Positions 59,132 through 64,000 of a stretch of 64,000 nucleotides of DNA are shown here, piece by piece. Origin of the DNA: an uncultured Candidatus Peribacteria bacterium. GTDB lineage: Bacteria > Patescibacteriota > Gracilibacteria > BD1-5 > UBA2023. The notes beneath the pieces were generated by a model, which had not been told where the DNA came from, did no database searches, and was given only the letters and a program-made list of their open reading frames with translations. Numbering within the stretch: the stretch's first letter is position 1; each line of letters begins with the position of its first letter. Location of the stretch: the NCBI GenBank assembly GCA_964449265.1, contig CAYVAG010000001.1:19717-83716 (forward strand). Reading direction: 5' to 3'. Position numbers and translations under genes: made by a program.

Positions 59132-60060
59132 AAGAATTTTTTTAGTCTTCGCACACTATTCCATAGAGGGTACTTCCATGAAAGTGGAAAGAGATACTTT
59201 GAACCAAGGTTTACGATTTCCCCACCGAACTTCTCCTTAAACTCTGTCACCCCTCGGAGAGATGAATTTTTATTGTCCGGTCATGCGATACCAAGAAAGT
59301 CATATCTCTCACATCATCGTCTCTTCCCTTCTCGTATAGCTTCCCACTGGAGAAGATATGGTGCCATATGTTTGCGAACTTCTCGATCTGACGATGATGC
59401 TCCATAGTAGTAGATGGCCGTATCTCACGAGTAGACGAATATACCACCAGCGATTACCCGAGACTCGAAATAAGCAAAAAGAAGTCCCCCACTTTCATTT
59501 TTTTCGAGTACTGAGAGAAAACATTCATAATATTTTCGACTATTTTGAGCAAATCCATCACGGGATGTCGTATCCGAGAGAAGACTCATCCAGATATCGA
59601 TATTTTCCTTTGTGGGAGTAGCCCACTCAGTAGCGACTCATCGTTTTTCTGCCAGGCGGATATTGTATCGTCATTTCTCATGCATTTCAGAAAGAAGTAT
59701 TTCTTCGGTTTTCGTGAGATCGAGGATACGCGTCCAGGGTTCGAGAAAATGTTTGTATGGTTTTGCTCGTTTCTGTAGCGAGAGTGACGTACTGAGTGTC
59801 TCGATCTGGTAGAGTATAGCTCTATTCGCTCTGGCAAAATGACAGGCTGCATCTATAAAATCCTCATCATAGAGACTCCCGTCGATTCCGAGAGAGAAGG
59901 CTCATATCATACCCATTCCAAGAGAACGAAACTCGATAAGGATATTTTTTTCTCCTCTTTGGAAGTTTTCTATTCGACTTGCCTGTCATGAGGTGATGAG
60001 TATACGAGACCAGAGAGAGCTTTGCCAGAAAGAAGATGAGGAAGATTTCAGATTTTTCAC
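59128..60060 (-). CDS. FemAB-family aminoacyl-tRNA-dependent peptidoglycan bridge transferase (FemX-like)
   Basis: The only stop-free frame across 59128..60141, found by mapping all TTA/CTA. SFWQSSLW, RYNIRLAEKRGV, LFAYFESRVIAGGIFVY, YYYGASSS, APYLLQWEAIREGKRRGCERYDFLGI, GVTEFKEKFGG. No in-frame ATG. GTG 60060 is assumed (TTG 60093 is possible). Confidence 0.75.
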
Positions 60061-60212
60061 ACCTCAAGTGTACCAAAAACCACCGAAATGCAAGGAAAAC
60101 TCGAAAGAATATTTGCATGAAAGAAGAAAACATGGTATACTCTACGGAGAAATAGAGGAACTCGTGGCTCTGTCAACAATGTCCTCTCTCCTAATTCCTA
60201 TCCCTCTTTCTT

Positions 60213-60569
60213 ATGCTTACGCAACTCGAAGTCAAAAAATCCGTGACCAATACTGGTGTGAAGGTGTTCTCATTCCATGGAGAACTCGATGAGACCAATG
60301 TCGATTCTACTTTCCCAAATATCATCACTGATATCGGGGATTTCGATAAATCTCGTACTCTCTTCAACTTCGGAGAACTCCACTATCTCAATAGTAAATC
60401 TATCGGATATATCGCTGATACGGCTCAGCGGAGTGAAGATGGCGGAGGGAAATTCGCTCTCTGCTGCCTCACAAGTGAGGTACAAGATACACTCGACCTC
60501 GTCGGTATCACCAATATCATCCCCGTCTACGAAACCGAGGACACTGCCCTCGTCGAACTGAGCAAGTAA
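60213..60569 (+). CDS. STAS-domain protein (anti-sigma-factor antagonist-like)
   Basis: 118 aa. ...FNFGELHYLNSKSIGYIAD...LCCLTSEVQDTLDLVGITNIIPVYETEDTAL. Confidence 0.7.
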   Translation: MLTQLEVKKSVTNTGVKVFSFHGELDETNVDSTFPNIITDIGDFDKSRTLFNFGELHYLNSKSIGYIADTAQRSEDGGGKFALCCLTSEVQDTLDLVGITNIIPVYETEDTALVELSK

Positions 60570-60607
60570 TTTACTTGCTTTTTTTATAAATAGTGTAAAA
60601 TACATAT

Positions 60608-61879
60608 ATGAATATTCGTGTTTTTTATAAAATCGCTGAAAACCTCTCTGGACCAAGAATCTCGACTGAGACACTCCGGGATACAAAATCCGAACTTCTG
60701 GCACTCAAAGAAGAACTCGGAAAGCTTCTCGTCTCAAAAGACGAACCAAAAAAAGAAAAACTAGAAAATATAAAGAGGCGTATTGCTCGACTCGAGCGTT
60801 TTGATGCACTCGAAAATAATGCCAGAAAGGACCAAAAAGATATCACGGAAATACTCAAGTGAAAAACTGCTGATACTATCAAAAACTCAGATATCCTTAC
60901 CCTGCGTAAGAAATGAGTCGATATCGCAAATCTCACCCTCGTCGATAATGCTAATCCTGAGAGAGAAATCCGCTCATCTGAGATAAAAGAAAAAGATACG
61001 TTTACAGTAAATTTCGGGAATAATACTTCTCTCAGAGATAGGACCGGGGCTGGAGATATCCTTCCGCCAAATATACGAAAGATTTCGATAAATGGGGTAG
61101 ACTGTGAGCGTAAAAACACTCCACGTCCTGGATACTACAATCACAAATGAAAATATGAACCCATCTATGATGGTTACAAAATAGAGATAGTTGCTCTATG
61201 AGAAACCACAGAAGCTGATACAGCTGGAAATGAGAGGCAGTGGAAGAGGGAGAGACTAGAGGATACTATAGAGAACGGGGGGAAATCTCTCACAGCCTTA
61301 GAAGAAGATATAGAGCTGCAAAAAATAGCAACAGATGAATTTCAGTCAAGATCAAAATATCGATCAACAAATTTTGATATAAATGATATTAATTCTTGAG
61401 ATAAGGGCCTCCTTGATTTTATAGCAATTGCTGAGGGAACATGAGACAATTACAATGCTATTTACGCAAATGGTAGTCAATCAAAAGAAAAATTTACTGA
61501 AATGACGCTTACTCAGATACTTGAGTATCAGAAGGAATACAAGAAGTGACGCTGATCTGCAGCTATAGGAAGATATCAATTCATGGATTATACACTAAAA
61601 GACATGATAAAGAAATACTCCATTGATCAAAATACCATATTTTCTGCAGAATTTCAGGATAAACTCGCATTTCTTAAACTGAATGAAAGAGGTCTTTCCA
61701 GTTTTAAATCATGAAGAATGCCTCAAGATGATTTTCAACTCAATCTAGCAAGAGAATGGGCATCTATAGCTAAAGATGATTCATGACTGAGCTATTATCA
61801 TGGAGACAGCATGAATAACAAAGCGTCTCGGGTAGGAACCCAAGTAACTCAAGTACTAGAAAAGCTCTATCAAGCCTAA
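60608..61879 (+). CDS. coiled-coil protein with C-terminal lambda-lysozyme-like (GH104-type lytic transglycosylase) domain
   Basis: 423-aa frame with nine TGA. C-terminal LLDFIAIAEGT-G-DNYNAIY...SAAIGRYQFMDYTLKDMIKKY...FSAEFQDKLAFLKLNERG...LAREWASIA parallels phage lambda R (AYSEGT...AAGRYQ...FSPKSQD...IKERGAL...WASLP). No signal peptide. Confidence 0.7.
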
Positions 61880-63096
61880 AACAACCTCCTCTGCCCCTCT
61901 GCCCCTCACTCGAGGGGATTTTTTATAGCGAGAAGTCGCTTATAGTCCTCCTTGAGATCATATCCCATGATTTCCAGATTTTCGAGAGAGAGAAGTATGT
62001 CGATAAATTCGCCAAGATCGATTTGTTTTGGATCGATGGTATATATATCACTTCATATTCCTATACTTATAAGAGTATCATTCGATGTCGCGAGATATAT
62101 TTTCTTCTCTGTTCTTATTCGATCCATGAGCATTTCGAGACTCGAAAGAGAAGTGATATGCTTCACCTCTTTCTTCTCGAGAGATTTCTTTTCTTCTCAT
62201 TTATAATCCTTCGGAAGAAGTGATCGAAATTCATATTTCTGGAGGATCGCGACATACTCTCCCTCTGCGAGTCCAGGAGCAAAAGGGGCCTCTGGAAGTC
62301 AGACTATCTCGAGATCGGTGATGATCGTCGCGAGCTTCTGTGAGAGAAATGCATTATCGATCTGATCGACGAGTCACTGTTTTATCTTATAGGAGAGGTC
62401 ACATGCATTATATTTTTCCTTATCGATTTCTATTATTTTTCACTCTTCATTCTTCACTCACAACTCTGTATATATACCCTCCAGGGTATCATATCGAGTG
62501 AGAAGATCTTGCGCTTTTTTTGGACCAAATCCGCTAATACCAGGAATATTATCTGAAGCATCTCCGACGATCGCGAGGTAGTCTCTCACTTGCTTCACTG
62601 GAACAGAGAATTTTTCGAGTACGTCTTGCTCTTTCATGAATTTTTGCTTCATCGCATCGAATATATGCACCCGTCCATCCCGAACAAACTGACAGAGATC
62701 TTTATCAGAAGAAATAATAACTACCTGATATTCTCGGTCATGCTGATGTGCTATAGAACCGATGACATCATCTGCCTCATACCCATCACGAAAAAGTATA
62801 GGGATATGCGCAGCACTAAATAGCTCGAACACTCCTTCGATCTGAGAACGCAGATTATCGGGCATGCTTTCACGCTGTCATTTATATTCAGCAAAGAGGT
62901 CTTCCCGAAAACTCTTCCCGACATCACTCGCGACTACGAGAGATGCACTCGGATCTTGATCAGAGAGAGACTTGAGGAATTTTGCTACTCCAAATATCGC
63001 ATTCACCGGCTTCCCTTCGCGAGTATTCATCTCGGGGATAGCATAGAACATGCGGTAGATGAGGTTATAGGCATCTATGATATAGAGGGTTTTCAT
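61876..63096 (-). CDS. 5'-3' exonuclease (Pol I N-terminal FEN domain) with vestigial 3'-5' exo-like tail, no polymerase domain
   Basis: LYIIDAYNLIYRMFY, DGYEADDVIGS, IISSDKDLCQ, GDASDNIPGISGFGPKKA. The tail ...IYLATSNDTL...MGYDLKEDYKRLL resembles the start of a Pol I proofreading domain. 406 aa, eight in-frame TGA. Confidence 0.8.
61902..61925 (+). terminator. intrinsic terminator after the lysozyme-like gene (inside the 3' coding end of the convergent gene)
   Basis: CCCCTC-ACTC-GAGGGG followed by ATTTTTT. Confidence 0.5.
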
Positions 63097-63097
63097 G

Positions 63098-63643
63098 TTA
63101 GAGTGTTTTTATTTTCTGTATTCTATTCACCATCCATTTTTCTCAAAGAGTATTTTCTATGCCTTCGATATCGAACCACCTGATATCATCGACTTCTGCT
63201 TCTTGTCGTGAAAATTCCACCGTATCTGGTATTTCTCCGAGATACATGATGTCATAGTGTTTATGCTTCGCTGTAGTCTTATATTCAGGAATATTGTGGA
63301 CATCGACATGGAATATCCCTCAGATGAGCTTAGGCTCGACCGATATTCCAGACTCTTCATGGAATTCTCTGATCGCGACATCGAGCGTATCGAGCTCGCC
63401 ATCACAGTGACCTCAGAATTGTACCCACATCTGGAGTTTTTTATGAAACATGAGGAGGACTCGAGTATGTTCAGGATTGGCAATCATCATAGATGCAGTG
63501 ATATGTCCATCGAGATTGTTCTTTACGAAGGCGAATTCCCTATATTTCTCGATCCATGCTATGATTTCATCACAAAAACCTCTTTCCGAAGAATCAGTCT
63601 GACCATGAACTCTGAGAGATGAAATGAGTGAAGAGAGGAGCAT
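63098..63643 (-). CDS. NUDIX hydrolase
   Basis: Nudix box [TGA]-GHCDGELDTLDVAIREFHEESGI. The stop lies 1 nt before the exonuclease start. Confidence 0.8.
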
Positions 63644-63646
63644 ATA

Positions 63647-64000
63647 CTATATTTTTATATGGGAAATAATACTATTAAAAACCTCATCTTCACTTCCATT
63701 CGCATCGATACGTATAAATTTTCACTCAAGTTTTTTCCACTTCGCACATTTCTCATATCATCGCACGATTTTTTTATAGAAATCTCTCCCCTCTTTCTCG
63801 AATTTATCTCAAGCATCATCGAAAGTACGAGAAAGAGCGAGGTCGACATCGATATCGAGATAAAAAATTATATCAGGAAGAAGTTTTCCTACAGCTTCTT
63901 TATTGATCCACAGTACCTTATTTATCCCGAGTCACTGAGCTTCTCACTGGATAGCGCACGATGAGAGGAATGATCGATCCGATACTACGATATCTCCACT
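63647..64000 (-). CDS. tmk: thymidylate kinase, C-terminal part (N-terminus beyond window edge)
   Basis: ...VVSDRSFLSSCAIQ-G-EAQ-G-LGINKVLWIN...PDIIFYLDIDVDLALSR...F-EKEGRDFYKKIVR-G-Y...IDANGSEDEVF. TAG stop at 63649..63647. Confidence 0.75.

Noticed and set aside
59247-60133. Several 60-90 aa ORFs on both strands (59247..59447, 59358..59621, 59586..59852, 59867..60133).
   Set aside because: Mapping all TAA/TAG in six frames shows a single stop-free minus frame (59128..60141) encoding a FemAB-family protein. The listed ORFs are off-frame or antisense pieces.
60608-63096. Possible prophage, because of the lambda-type lysozyme domain.
   Set aside because: No integrase, terminase, capsid, tail or holin genes are adjacent, and no att-like repeats are visible. 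The flanks are housekeeping genes (STAS, 5' nuclease, nudix, tmk).

Overview
AT-rich, very gene-dense bacterial chromosomal window: about 70 protein genes, 2 tRNAs and an RNase P RNA. It only makes sense if TGA is translated as glycine (translation table 25, as in Gracilibacteria / Absconditabacteria-SR1 of the candidate phyla radiation). The supplied standard-code ORF track breaks most genes at in-frame TGA. After recoding, the window resolves into housekeeping blocks: miaB; ftsA-ftsZ; ligA; tig; secA-lepB-truB; murE; def; dus; trpS; topA; rnhB; rnpB; adk-hemW; tRNA-Thr-secE-nusG; greA; rlmN; tmk-nudix-5' nuclease. These are interleaved with envelope, surface and accessory modules. (1) A minimal type IV pilus / T2SS-like module (two unknown membrane proteins, a short PilB, PilC), plus a distant prepilin and an LPXTG protein. 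(2) A glycan module: an O-antigen-ligase-like protein, a circularly permuted GT-B glycosyltransferase and an orphan GT-B half. (3) FemX/MurE/FtsW wall genes. (4) Three GNAT acetyltransferases with an AstE/AspA-family deacylase and a lone hisIE. (5) An ABC exporter followed by a secreted stand-alone C39-like peptidase. (6) A Lys/Ala-rich histone-H1-like protein. (7) A coiled-coil protein ending in a lambda-lysozyme-like domain. No CRISPR array, rRNA, transposase or integrase was seen. Stops are firmer than starts. All calls come from manual translation and motif recognition, not database searches.
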